Made by a program: the position numbers and the translations under genes. A stretch of DNA of 63,960 bases, the filler included, from Octopus bimaculoides (taxonomy: Eukaryota): NCBI RefSeq assembly GCF_001194135.2. It is 4 parts of 4 records of this genome, joined end to end, with 100 filler letters (N's around TTAATTAATTAA, not from the genome) between each part and the next. Parts side by side here need not be neighbours in the genome. Positions count along the whole stretch, not along the records: positions 19,193 to 31,512 come from NC_069008.1; positions 31,613 to 49,872 come from NC_068987.1; 2 more parts are not named here. The stretch is one strand, 5' to 3'. Of the stretch, positions 22,443 through 35,505 are shown in pieces; within the stretch, counting starts at the first letter, position 1; the number at the start of each line of letters is the position of its first letter. The notes beneath the pieces were generated by a model, which saw nothing but the letters and a program-made list of their open reading frames with translations, did not search any database and was not told the origin of the DNA.

Positions 22443-22592
22443 CATTTGGTTCACTGAAGAAACACGTACAAAGTCGTTGTGACCAGCGAGTCGACGGAGC
22501 ACAATGTCTGTCCATCCAAGTACCTTTAGCTGACCGCTGTTGGAACATGAAACTACTGCTATTGTGGGGCCGGTACTGCCAACAGGGTATCC
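22443..22592 (-). CDS. Pif-like protein, chitin-binding (CBM14/peritrophin-A-like) exon
   Basis: ttccttgctag| ... G|gtgagt, 150 nt. Encodes IPCWQYRPHNSSSFMFQQRSAKGTWMDRHCAPSTRWSQRLCTCFFSEPN. The C..xT.W.Q..CxC ending is typical of Pif-type chitin-binding modules. Confidence 0.85.
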
Positions 22593-23053
22593 CTAGCAAG
22601 GAATGAAATCATGATTTGTAATAGAATACCATATTTTCTAGCTTGCAAGTTGATATAATACACCATGTAAATACGTAGTGTAAATATCCAAACATCGTCA
22701 ACTATTATTTCAAACCCCGTTGCATTTTATATTGAATTTTTCATCATCTAAAGTTTGTGTTGCTATATAAGTCAAATAACTTATTTTGGTTGTAAATTTT
22801 TGTCTGAAAAATTTTACTGGCATGTCAGAAAATATGGTAGACAAACAAACAGTTTGATGAAGAGGACAAGAGAGAGACAAAGAGACAGACAGAAAAATAA
22901 TGTAAAGGCCGTGAGCTGGTAGAATCGTTAGATAACAGTCCGATTATGTAACCCTGCGCTCATCAGATGTAACCCGTAATGAAATGAAATATGGTCACTG
23001 CTCTCTATTGGAAAGGAAACACACTAATGAACACAGATGTCTATGCCCCGTAC

Positions 23054-23113
23054 CCCGCAATGGCTGTACAGATAGTACCGCTACATCCATTCCGTTTCCA
23101 CAAGAACACCCAC
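23054..23113 (-). CDS. Pif-like protein, candidate 60-nt phase 1/1 exon
   Basis: gtgtctttaag| ... G|gtacgg. Encodes (G)GCSCGNGMDVAVLSVQPLR(G). It is frame-preserving and supplies the N-terminal Cys of the chitin-binding module, but both splice sites are suboptimal. Confidence 0.45.
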
Positions 23114-23536
23114 CTTAAAGACACATATTTCCCACAAACGTTTCCAGAAAACTCTTGTCTACTTGCAACAAAACCATTCCCAGCGACGAGGTCATGTTAA
23201 CAGGGGACATAACTCCTCGATTCATTTCATCGTCTTTTTCACAGCAGCTACAAACCGGACGTTTCTATTCACAACATCGCTTGACAACCGATGGTGGTGT
23301 GTTTACGAAACCATTAGCATAAATCAACGGACTGAAATTTGTTTCTTCAAAATGACGTATTATGTGAAAATAGTTAAATGAAAATTTATTTCAAAATATC
23401 CAAAAAACCGCAATTATTTTTGTCCCAACATGAAGGACGAGATTAGTGAAACGGAGTTATTTCCCATGGATCAGACAGTTGAGATGGCCTTTTGTCATAA
23501 AACGATTTTATTTTCCAGACAATATCACTTTTAGGG

Positions 23537-23790
23537 TGGAGGCGCGTGGCTTAGTGTTTAGGGGTGTCAGCATCATGATTGTAAGATTGTGGTTTCGATT
23601 CCTGGACTGGGCGACGCAGTGTATTCTTGAGCAAAACACTTCATTTTCACGTTGCTCCAGTCCACTCAGCTGGCAAAAATGAGTAATGCTGCGATGGACT
23701 GGCGTCCCATCCAGCTGGGGAACACATACGCCATTGAAACCAGGAAACCGGGCCCATGGGCTTGGCTAGGCTTTAAAAGGGCGCAATAAA
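23537..23790 (+). mobile_element. tRNA-derived SINE (family D), near full length
   Basis: ggaggcgcgtggcttagtg (A box) ... gtttcgattcc (B box) ... cgatggactggcgtcccatccag ... A-rich tail. Confidence 0.8.
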
Positions 23791-24212
23791 AAAAAAATCA
23801 CTTTTAGGCGCGTGTATGCGTGCGTGTGATTGTGTGTGTGTGTGTGTGTGTGTATGTGACTGTGCATGTGTGTGTTTATATGAATATATACACGTGTACA
23901 TATGTGCATGTATTGACATGGTTGTGTGGTAAGACGCTTGTTTCCCAATTATACAGTTTCGGGTTCGTTCCCACTGCATGTGATTCTTTTTTATTGCCCT
24001 TTTAAAGGTGTTTGGTGCATGTCGTGTGCACAGTGTACACATGTCGCGTGCACATCATGCGCATAATGTATGCATGTTGCATACACGTCATGTGCATATT
24101 ATGTGCATATCACGTGCACGTTGTGTACATGTTGCACGCAAGCTTTGTGCATGCCATCGCATGTTTGTATGCATGGCATGTGCATGTTGTTCGCATGTTA
24201 TGTGCATGTTTC

Positions 24213-24445
24213 TTATTTCTTTATTGCCCACAAGGGGCTAAACATAGAGGGGACAAACAAGGACAGACAAAGGGATTAAGTCGATTACATCGACCCCAAT
24301 GTGTAATTGGTACTTAATTTATCGATCCCGAAATGATGAAAGGCAAAGTCGACCTCAGCGGAATTTGAACTCAGAACGTAACAGCAGACAAAATACCGCT
24401 AAGCATTTCGCCCGGCGTGCTAATGATTCTGCCAGCTCGCTGCCT
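24213..24445 (-). mobile_element. Family A SINE with 23-bp TSD inside a TGCA/CATG-rich tract (24010-24530)
   Basis: TSD ttcgcatgttatgtgcatgtttc at 24190-24212 and 24446-24468. Confidence 0.9.
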
Positions 24446-25189
24446 TTCGCATGTTATGTGCATGTTTCGTACATGACACGTGTACGTTGTGTGCATGTTG
24501 CATGCATATCACGTGCATGTTGTGTACATGGCTGCTAATATAAGAAGAGCATTACTTACCAATGTTGNNNNNNNNNNNNNNNNNNNNNNNNNNNNNNNNN
24601 NNNNNNNNNNNNNNNNNNNNNNNNNNNNNNNNNNNNNNNNNNNNNNNNNNNNNNNNNNNNNNNNNNNNNNNNNNNNNNNNNNNNNNNNNNNNNNNNNNNN
24701 NNNNNNNNNNNNNNNNNNNNNNNNNNNNNNNNNNNNNNNNNNNNNNNNNNNNNNNNNNNNNNNNNNNNNNNNNNNNNNNNNNNNNNNNNNNNNNNNNNNN
24801 NNNNNNNNNNNNNNNNNNNNNNNNNNNNNNNNNNNNNNNNNNNNNNNNNNNNNNNNNNNNNNNNNNNNNNNNNNNNNNNNNNNNNNNNNNNNNNNNNNNN
24901 NNNNNNNNNNNNNNNNNNNNNNNNNNNNNNNNNNNNNNNNNNNNNNNNNNNNNNNNNNNNNNNNNNNNNNNNNNNNNNNNNNNNNNNNNNNNNNNNNNNN
25001 NNNNNNNNNNNNNNNNNNNNNNNNNNNNNNNNNNNNNNNNNNNNNNNNNNNNNNNNNNNNNNNNNNNNNNNNNNNNNNNNNNNNNNNNNNNNNNNNNNNN
25101 NNNNNNNNNNNNNNNNNNNNNNNNNNNNNNNNNNNNNNNNNNNNNNNNNNNNNNNNNNNNNNNNNNNNNNNNNNNNNNNNNNNNNNNNN

Positions 25190-25228
<39 letters not shown>

Positions 25229-25424
25229 CAAAACTTACTGTGTAAAGATAACGCGTGCGTTCGATCGTGTATATATATATATATCTGTCTAAAATTGAAT
25301 TTATAACTATGTAAAAAACGTTGATTGCCTAATTTGAGTTTTTATTTTAATTCTTATCTTTTGTCTCGGATTCGACCCAAGCACTTCTTAAGCAGTTCTA
25401 TATATTTTGTAAGAAAGAATAATA

Positions 25425-25459
<35 letters not shown>

Positions 25460-25520
25460 TTCACTTTTGCATGTGTGTGTGTTTCTTTCTGTATCTGCAG
25501 GTACCTTAGAGTGTGTACAT

Positions 25521-25680
25521 ATTGAGGGGATACGGAAAAGTTCCTAGCTTTCTCTAAGACAAAATACAGGAGGATCAGTTAATTATGATTTTAATCAATG
25601 TATTCCCATCTCGGATTCAGACACTTATCGCAGGGGTCCTTCAGTTTTTCTAAGCCCTGTAAAAGAGCTTGGAATGTCTT
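25521..25680. mobile_element. Mariner-like terminal fragment
   Basis: gaggggatacggaaaagttcctagct... resembles a mariner TIR and subterminal sequence. Recognised by resemblance only. Confidence 0.45.
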
Positions 25681-26426
25681 CGTCTTTTGGGGGTTTTTTT
25701 GTGAATTCTCCATATATATAGTCTGATCTGGCCGTGTTTCTACAGCTGGATGCCCTTCCTTACGCCATGTGTCCTACAATGATGCACATGAAGTGCATTT
25801 GTGCATTCACAGGCAATTTGTGGTGCAACATAGGGGTAATGGTTGGTGCACATGTGATGCCATGGTGCACTTGTGTGGTAGTGGTGTATTTGTGATGCAA
25901 CGGTGCACATGAAATGCATTAGTGCATTCACAGCACATTTGTGGTGCAACATTGTAAAAGTAATAAAATAATGCTGCAATTCAGTGCAGCAACGTATCTG
26001 TGATGGAGGGTGCAGTGGTGTATTTGTAATGCAATGGTATATGTGTGATGGAGTGCTGCACATGTGGTGCATTTCTGATTCAATGGTGCATTGGTGCATT
26101 TTCAGTGCAGCAGTGTTGCATTGATAAAGTAATGCAAGAATGCAGCATCGATCTGGTGCAGTGATGCATTAATGTAGTTTAGATTTGCAGTAGTTGTTTA
26201 AATAATGTAGCATTGAAATGGTGCAACAGTGGTGGACTGCAGTTGTGCCGTAGTTATAAAGCAATGCAGTGTGGCTGTTTAGCAGTGTAATGCCATGGTG
26301 TAATAGTGCACTGATGCAGTAGCAGCATGCTGCAACAGAAATGTGCTGCAGTAGTACTGTAATGAATGTAGTAGAGGCAGTGGTACTGCAGTGGGTGTGT
26401 ACACTAAATTCAAAATCTCCACTTAC

Positions 26427-26499
26427 CTGTTACTTGTAACAATACCCAGACCAGAACGCAAGTGTTGTGCAGTAAGTGCAATGTATGTAGAATGTGCAT
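26427..26499 (-). CDS. Pif-like chitin-binding/LamG protein, exon with start codon and signal peptide
   Basis: Start context aagATG. Encodes MHILHTLHLLHNTCVLVWVLLQVT(G). Strong donor CAG|gtaagt in phase 1, matching the next exon. Confidence 0.75.
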
Positions 26500-26609
26500 C
26501 TTCTCTACAGCACTGACTGACTTATGATGGTCAGTTAAATTAAATAGTTGGTACTACAGGGGCTGAAGGCACGTCAACAAGAAAACTGATCACTAGTCTG
26601 TTTGCTGTA

Positions 26610-28205
26610 TGACCGGTCACTCTGAGATGTCCGACACAGTTTTGGTTATTTTATCCGCATGGAGTGAACGCTGGGTCACTCAAGTGACTGACCATTGACA
26701 GAAGGACAGAGAGATAGAAGGACAGAATATGGAAAATCAAACAGTTTGTTGCTGGATGATCGGTCACTTTGAAATACCTGATGGCTATTGGTCAAAACCA
26801 ATAATCTCGGTTATTTTATCCAGTTGAATTGTGTACTCTGGCAACTTTGATAACTGACCACCACTGATGGAATGACCGAAGAAAGAACATTGACTAATCT
26901 TTTGATGACTGACCAGTTACTGTACCATCTCTAATGGCTGTAGATTTTGACATATGGCTTTTACTGCTATGTCCACTGTGGCCACTGACCATTGATGGAA
27001 TAACTGAAGAAAGAATACCTGCCAATATTTTGATAGATGACCAGTTGCTCCAGAGTCTCTAGTGACTACTGGTTTTGACTGATAGTTCTTGCCATTTATG
27101 TCCACTCTGACCACTGATCACCAATGAAATGACTGTAGATAGAAAACTGACCACTTGTTTTTTGATGAATGGCCTCCTACTTTGAGATGTTAGCGAATAT
27201 CGATTTTGACCGAGAGTTTTAGTTATTTTGACCGAGAGTTTTAGTTATTTTGTCCACTCGAATCAATTATTGGTTTGCTCTAGCAACTGTCCATTGGTTA
27301 AAAAAAATGACCATAGTTAGAACACTGACCACTCTGTTGATGGGTGAATGACCAGTCATGCGAAAATCTCTGAAAGTTCTGATTTTGACTGATTATTTTA
27401 GCTTTTTTTATCCACTGTGATTTAACACCACTTAACATTGGCAACTGACCACTACTGGAACAGTCATATAAAGAAAACTGACCAGTATTTCAAAGGATGT
27501 CCAGTTAATTTCTAATCTCTTGTAATTGTTGATTTTGATCAACTGTTCTGACTTTTCTGTCTACTCTGGTGACTGACCACGTATTCCACTCTGGTGATTG
27601 ATGACTAACCAAACACTGGTAGACAGAAAAATTGACCACTCTAGTGATGGCTGACCAGTTAGTCCAAAGTAAAGTCTGACAAATATTGATTTTTGTCACT
27701 TTTAATTAGTCTGTTCTCTAGAACTGACCACTGTCCACTGATGAAATGGTGTTCGACAGAAAAATAATTGGTTTCTTGATGACTGGTGACTCTAGAATAA
27801 TAACTGAAGCTGTTTTTGGATGCTTTTTTTTGTTGTTCTTTTTACCAATGTCCTCGGTTGTTCTGGCCATTGACATTGACCACTACTTTAGTCTGGTAAC
27901 TTTATAAATGACCACTGGCTGAACAATGACCAACAAAAAAACCAACCAATATTTTGATGGTGACCACTTGTTCTCAGATGATAGGATTTTGTTTTTTCTA
28001 TTCTGTCCATTAAAACTGACCACAGCTCAACACAGGAAACTGACCAGCTTTTCAGAAGACCATTTATTCAGAAAATCTTGAGGATCTTTCATGCATTTTT
28101 TTTTCTACCAATTTCTACCAGAATTTTGTTATTTCATCCATTCAAACTGACCAATTTGTCCACAACTGATAACTAATCCACGCTGGCAACAGATCATTAA
28201 ACACC
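26610..28205. repeat. Highly degenerate TGACCA-rich array upstream of the Pif-like gene
   Basis: More than 25 TGACC(A/G) motifs counted by eye, almost all on the plus strand. Confidence 0.75.
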
Positions 28206-29642
28206 NNNNNNNNNNNNNNNNNNNNNNNNNNNNNNNNNNNNNNNNNNNNNNNNNNNNNNNNNNNNNNNNNNNNNNNNNNNNNNNNNNNNNNNNNNNNNNN
28301 NNNNNNNNNNNNNNNNNNNNNNNNNNNNNNNNNNNNNNNNNNNNNNNNNNNNNNNNNNNNNNNNNNNNNNNNNNNNNNNNNNNNNNNNNNNNNNNNNNNN
28401 NNNNNNNNNNNNNNNNNNNNNNNNNNNNNNNNNNNNNNNNNNNNNNNNNNNNNNNNNNNNNNNNNNNNNNNNNNNNNNNNNNNNNNNNNNNNNNNNNNNN
28501 NNNNNNNNNNNNNNNNNNNNNNNNNNNNNNNNNNNNNNNNNNNNNNNNNNNNNNNNNNNNNNNNNNNNNNNNNNNNNNNNNNNNNNNNNNNNNNNNNNNN
28601 NNNNNNNNNNNNNNNNNNNNNNNNNNNNNNNNNNNNNNNNNNNNNNNNNNNNNNNNNNNNNNNNNNNNNNNNNNNNNNNNNNNNNNNNNNNNNNNNNNNN
28701 NNNNNNNNNNNNNNNNNNNNNNNNNNNNNNNNNNNNNNNNNNNNNNNNNNNNNNNNNNNNNNNNNNNNNNNNNNNNNNNNNNNNNNNNNNNNNNNNNNNN
28801 NNNNNNNNNNNNNNNNNNNNNNNNNNNNNNNNNNNNNNNNNNNNNNNNNNNNNNNNNNNNNNNNNNNNNNNNNNNNNNNNNNNNNNNNNNNNNNNNNNNN
28901 NNNNNNNNNNNNNNNNNNNNNNNNNNNNNNNNNNNNNNNNNNNNNNNNNNNNNNNNNNNNNNNNNNNNNNNNNNNNNNNNNNNNNNNNNNNNNNNNNNNN
29001 NNNNNNNNNNNNNNNNNNNNNNNNNNNNNNNNNNNNNNNNNNNNNNNNNNNNNNNNNNNNNNNNNNNNNNNNNNNNNNNNNNNNNNNNNNNNNNNNNNNN
29101 NNNNNNNNNNNNNNNNNNNNNNNNNNNNNNNNNNNNNNNCACCACCACCACCACCACTACCACCACCACCACCACCACTACCACCACCACCACCACCACC
29201 TTCACTGTTTCCTTAACACTATCAATACACCCCTTTGTCTATTCACACTTACTCTCTCTGTCTCTCTGTCTCTCTCTCTCCCTGCCTGTCTGTCTGTCTG
29301 TCTCTCACATCCTCCTGTTATCTATGCATATATGTATGTAGGTATGTGTGTGTAGGCGTGTATGTATATAGGTATGTACGTATGTATGAACGGATGTATC
29401 TATGTATATGTGTATGTATGTATATGTGCATATATATATGTATGTATGCATGTATGTATGCGTGTCCGTGTGTAGGTGTGTATGTAAGCGTATGTACAGG
29501 AATGTATGTACATATGGATGGATAGATGAATGCATGTATATCTATAGACACATATATATAGCTATATAAAATGTTACATGCATATACACACACACACTTT
29601 TTTTTAAGCGTTTGTGTTTGCATGTATGTGTATGCGTGCATG

Positions 29643-29673
<31 letters not shown>

Positions 29674-30924
29674 NNNNNNNNNNNNNNNNNNNNNNNNNNN
29701 NNNNNNNNNNNNNNNNNNNNNNNNNNNNNNNNNNNNNNNNNNNNNNNNNNNNNNNNNNNNNNNNNNNNNNNNNNNNNNNNNNNNNNNNNNNNNNNNNNNN
29801 NNNNNNNNNNNNNNNNNNNNNNNNNNNNNNNNNNNNNNNNNNNNNNNNNNNNNNNNNNNNNNNNNNNNNNNNNNNNNNNNNNNNNNNNNNNNNNNNNNNN
29901 NNNNNNNNNNNNNNNNNNNNNNNNNNNNNNNNNNNNNNNNNNNNNNNNNNNNNNNNNNNNNNNNNNNNNNNNNNNNNNNNNNNNNNNNNNNNNNNNNNNN
30001 NNNNNNNNNNNNNNNNNNNNNNNNNNNNNNNNNNNNNNNNNNNNNNNNNNNNNNNNNNNNNNNNNNNNNNNNNNNNNNNNNNNNNNNNNNNNNNNNNNNN
30101 NNNNNNNNNNNNNNNNNNNNNNNNNNNNNNNNNNNNNNNNNNNNNNNNNNNNNNNNNNNNNNNNNNNNNNNNNNNNNNNNNNNNNNNNNNNNNNNNNNNN
30201 NNNNNNNNNNNNNNNNNNNNNNNNNNNNNNNNNNNNNNNNNNNNNNNNNNNNNNNNNNNNNNNNNNNNNNNNNNNNNNNNNNNNNNNNNNNNNNNNNNNN
30301 NNNNNNNNNNNNNNNNNNNNNNNNNNNNNNNNNNNNNNNNNNNNNNNNNNNNNNNNNNNNNNNNNNNNNNNNNNNNNNNNNNNNNNNNNNNNNTGTTTGT
30401 GTGTTTGTGTTTGTCCCTCCAACATTGCTTGACAACCGATGTTGGTGTGTTTATGTCCCTGTAACTTAGCAGTTTTGCAAAGAGAGAACGATAGAATAAG
30501 TACTAAACTTACAAAGAATAAGTCCTGGGCTTGATTCTCTTTGACTAGAAAAAAAAAACCCCTTAAGGTGACACTCCAGCATGGCCACAGTCAAATGACT
30601 GAAACAAGTAAAAAAATAAAAGAATAAAAGATTAAAAGAAATCCTGATGACTTAGCAGTTTGGCAAAAAAGACCAATATGGTGAGTACAAGGCTGAAAAC
30701 AATAGGTACTGGGATTGATTTCTTCAGCTAAAACCCTACAATGACTGAAGCAAGTAGAAGTCAGAAAAAAGGAAAAGACAAAAGAAAGGACACAAATATT
30801 TGTGGAATACTCAACCAATTACAATGTCAATTCAATAAGGAAGGAGGCAGTTGTTCAGCTGATTGATCAGCATGGACACTGACTGAGGATCGTTTGTTTT
30901 TTTTCTTTATTTACTTCTGTATCA

Positions 30925-30974
<50 letters not shown>

Positions 30975-31469
30975 CGGTCCAATGTGAAGCCAGGTGGCAA
31001 TGTTTGACAGGGTGGAGGTGGTGGTGGGTGGAAGGGTGGAAGGGTGGAAGGGGTTGGAGGGTTTTGGGGGGTAGGTGACTTTTATTTACTCTAGCTGCTC
31101 ACCCTGATAGCTGTGTGAAAGTGTATGTGCGTATATGTGAATGTATACACACATACAAACATACGCATGTATGTATGTATGTATGTATTTATCTATCTAT
31201 CTATCTATCTATCTNNNNNNNNNNATATATATATATATAGACACACGCACACATATATATATATACCTATATATATACACACACACACACACACACATCA
31301 ATATATGTATATATGCATGTATAAAAGTGTGTGTGCATGCATGTGCATGTGTGTGTGTGCGTGTGCGGATGTGTAAAATTTTTCCAGCTCTTCTTTGCAA
31401 ACTTCCCTTCCCGGCAACTCTTGCCTTGAGACTAGAAATAGCAAACTAACACAATATTCGTATAAATGT

Positions 31470-31512
<43 letters not shown>

Positions 31513-31612
31513 NNNNNNNNNNNNNNNNNNNNNNNNNNNNNNNNNNNNNNNNNNNNTTAATTAATTAANNNNNNNNNNNNNNNNNNNNNNNNNNNNNNNN
31601 NNNNNNNNNNNN

Positions 31613-31930
31613 ATTGCTGTACTCATTTCCAACCCTCACCTTACTGGCCGCATCTCTGTACATGGCTCGCACAGCTCTCACTAGCCATTCTTCTATCCCA
31701 AGTTTCCTCATTGACCACCAGATAAGGGATCGGGGGACCCTGTCAAAGGCTTTCTCCATGTCAACGAAAGCCAGGTACAGAGGTTTATCCTTGGCTAGGT
31801 ATTTCTCTTGCAACTGTCTCACTAGAAATAAGGCATCAGTAGTGCTTTTACCTGGCACGAACCCAAACTGCATCTCATCTAAATTGATTCGCTCCCTAAT
31901 TAGTTGGGCTATGACCCTCTCTGTAACTTT
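31613..31930 (-). mobile_element. RTE-clade LINE reverse transcriptase fragment
   Basis: Reads ERVIAQLIRERINLDEMQFGFVPGKSTTDALFLVRQLQEKYLAKDKPLYLAFVDMEKAFDRVPR. Confidence 0.92.
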
Positions 31931-32721
31931 CTGAAATTTTGGGAGAGGGGGGCCAGTCGATTAGATCGACCCCAGTACACAACTGGTACTTAATTTATCA
32001 ACCACGAAAGGACGAAAGGCAAAGTTGACCTTGGTGTAATTTGAACTCAGAAGCAAAGACAGATGAAATACCGCTCAGCATTTTGCCCAGCGTGCTAACA
32101 TTTCTGCTAGCTATGTAAGTGGCTGAGCACTCCACAGACACGTGTACCCCTTAACATAGTTCTCAGGGAGATTCAGCATGACACAGAGTGTGACAATACT
32201 GACCATTTGAATTACAGGTACAAGCCATTTCTGCCAGTTAAGTGGATGGAGCAATGTGAAATAAAGTGCCTTGCTCAAGAGCACATCGCACAGCCAAATA
32301 CCCTGATTACTAACGACCGTACCTTCCCCAGGTGAAGGGGTATGTATGAATAACCCCCCACCCCACCCATTGCTCCTTGTATGTTACCATGTAACCAGCT
32401 CCCTAATCAACTGGTCTATCACAAGAAATCAATCCTAATACATTTGAAATTTGCTTTTAGTTTTTGAATGAAGCAGCTTTTTTTGGGGGGTTAAGGATGT
32501 GTGTGGTAGGGGAGAGGAAGTTTGAATCAAATATCTTTCTGTTAGTGTCACACCTTATATTCCATTCAGTAAACAACATTATATCACTTGAAAAAAATAA
32601 TATTCCCAGTCCTAAAAAACTGGCCTCATTGTTGTTCTTAGGATTGAAGAAATGGTAATTTGATATGCATTTACAAAGTTTTGGCACCTTGTGGGAACAA
32701 CTGCCATTCATTTATTCAATT

Positions 32722-32784
<63 letters not shown>

Positions 32785-33560
32785 CTCTCCCATTTTTGGT
32801 TGTTTTTTTTTTTTACACATGCATTTTTCTATGATTTGGTTAATTTTTTTTTTTTCTTTCTTTCTGATGTTATTTTTATTTCTATTTTATTCTATTTCAT
32901 TTATTTTCATAAAATCCAACTAGTCTTGTTTGAACTGGTGTTTCACAAAATAAATTAGCCACCACCTGAAAAAGAAGCATTTGTGCTTTGACCAAATTCA
33001 TTGCTTTGGATACACAAGTGTGGGTGGACAAAAAAATTTAGATTTTTCAATATCTTTCTTCCTCTCCTTCTCTCTCTTTCTTTCTCTTTTCTTTCTTTCT
33101 TCCCTTCTTTCCTTTTCATTGACTGACTGGTTAAAGTTGTTTCATTGTGCCTCTGTGCAAGGTACTTTAATTCTATTCATTACAGCCTGCCTCTCATTGG
33201 CAAGACTAGCTACTACAATGTTTGTTAGGGAAAAGTAAGCCTACAATAATAAACAAACAAACACCACCACCACCACCACCACCACCGACAACAACAACAA
33301 CAGCAACAGCAACAGCAACAACCACTAAAATTGTAGTAGAATGGGAAGAGGCTAGGTCTAAGAGCAGACTTGATGAACTTTCATTGGTTCAGGACTAACT
33401 TGAGTACTTCAGGTGTTGCTCCTGAAAGCCCCCTAATTCCAGATCCTGGCATTGGTTATTGTTGGTATACTCTTAGACAAGACTGCTCAGCCAGTATTTC
33501 AATACTTAGATATTGTACTTTGGGGGGGGGGGTGTCATTTTTTTTTTACATCCAAAAAAG

Positions 33561-34675
33561 CAGTGGTTATCACCCAAGGTGCATATGACTCCCGGGGATC
33601 CATATAAGACTTTCTGCAAGTGTCCCCACAAGCAAAATAGTAAATTAGGGGATCTGCAGTAATATTCTAAGGGTTCATGCAAAAATTTTATTTTGGATCA
33701 GTAGTTCTCAACTGGGGCCCATATGGCCCCCTGAGGGTCCATATAAGATTTTTGGAGGTTCACGTAAGAAAATAGCATATTGGATATCTGCCATAGTATT
33801 TTAAGGGCCCTAAAAAAATTTTGTTTTATATGTATTGCAAGAAGCATCTAGGTTTCTTTCTCTAGGTGCAGGAGTGGCTGTGTGGTGAGTTACTTGTTTA
33901 CCAACCACATTGTTCCGGGTTCAGTCCTACTGCGTGGCACCTTTGGCAAGTATCGTCTGCTATAGCCTCAAGCCGACCAAAGTCTTGTGAGTGGATTTGG
34001 TAGACAGGAACTGAAGGAAGCCCATCGTATATGTGTGTGTGTGTGTTTGTGTCTGTGTTTGTCCCCCCACCATCGCTTGACAACCAATACTAGTGTGTTT
34101 ACATCCCCATAACTTAGTGTTTCAGCAAAAGAGACCAATTGAATAAGTACTAGGCTTACAAAGAATTCGACTAAAGGTGGTGCTCCAGCATGGCTGCAGT
34201 GAAATGAGTGAAACAAATAAAAGAAAGTGAAAGAAGTTCCTATAAAACTAATTTCTAAATATCAAATGGTTATTGGTGGGGGGGGGGGGGTCCAATAGGA
34301 ATCAAAGGGGTTCATAGATAAGGAATGGTTGAGAGCCCCTATATTAGATGGTTATTTATTGCAAGAAACAGTTGGGTTTCTTTCTCTAGCATTTTACATT
34401 CTTCAACAGGTTTCCAGCCACTGAAACACGTTCTCTCAGATGGTGCTATCACCAATCCATTTGACTAAAATTCTTCAGAGTCGTGCCCCAGCATGGCTGC
34501 ATTCTGACTACTGAAAGAATTAAAAGAGTAAAAGAAAAGTTAATATGTGAATAATTAAAAAAAAGGTGGGGGGAATTTTGAAAGAAATATCTATAAAACC
34601 AGTTTTTCAACATTGAATAGTTATGGGGTTCCACTTGAATAAAATAAATAAGAAAAAAGTGGTTGAGAAGCACTG
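33561..34675. mobile_element. Degenerate nested hAT-type MITE ends with a family B SINE (33865-34230) inserted
   Basis: cagt.gttctcaac / gttgagaagcactg type ends. No matching TSD was found. Confidence 0.5.
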
Positions 34676-34937
34676 TTATAGGGGGGTGGGGTGGCATTGC
34701 TAAACTATCAATGAAAATGCCTGCTGGGTTTTAATGTAAAATCTCAAGTATTCTTCCTTTCTCTGTGAGCAAAGATGTATTTGGTGTTCTAGTTTTTCTT
34801 GCAGATATTAAAATTAAAAAACAATATAATAAATTATGAAACATTTGCCCTCTAGACATACTTAGGTGTTTGGAGGGATGCATGAGAACTTTGTTACAGG
34901 AGAAAGGTTCATAAATGAACCCTTTAAGCATTTAAAC

Positions 34938-35505
34938 TGGCGTAGGAGTGGCTGTGTGGGAAGTAGCTTGCTTACGATCCACATGGTTCCAGGTTCAGTC
35001 CCACTGCGTGGCACCTTGGGCAAGTGTCATCTACTATAGCCTCGGGCCGACCAAGGCTTTGTGANNNNNNNNNNGTTCAGTCCCACTGCGTGGCACCTTG
35101 GGCAAGTGTCATCTACTATAGCCTCGGGCCGACCAAGGCTTTGTGAGTGGATTTGGTAGACGGAAACTGAAAGAAGCCCATCCTAGGTGCAGGAGTGGCT
35201 GTGTGGTAAGTAGCTTGCTTACGAACCACATAGTTCCGGGTTCAGTCCCACTGCGTGGCACCTTGGGCAAGTGTCTTCTACTATAGCCTCAGGCCAACCA
35301 AAGCCTTGTGAGTGGATTTGGTAGACGGAAACTGAAAGAAGCCCGTCGTATATATGTATGTATATGTGTGTATGTGTCTGTGTTTGTCCCTCCACCATCG
35401 CTTGACAACCGANNNNNNNNNNGATTAGCTCAACTAAAATGGTGGTGCTCCAGCATGGCCACAGTCAAATGACTGAAACCAGTAAAAGAGTAAAAGAGTA
35501 AAGAG
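34938..35505 (+). mobile_element. Family B SINE heads plus a near full copy (from 35186)
   Basis: ggcgtaggagtggctgtgtgg... occurs three times, one copy straddling a small gap. Confidence 0.8.

Noticed and set aside
34985-35180. Apparent tandem multi-head SINE
   Set aside because: The sequence on both sides of a 9-N gap shares private variants, so it is probably an unmerged contig overlap.
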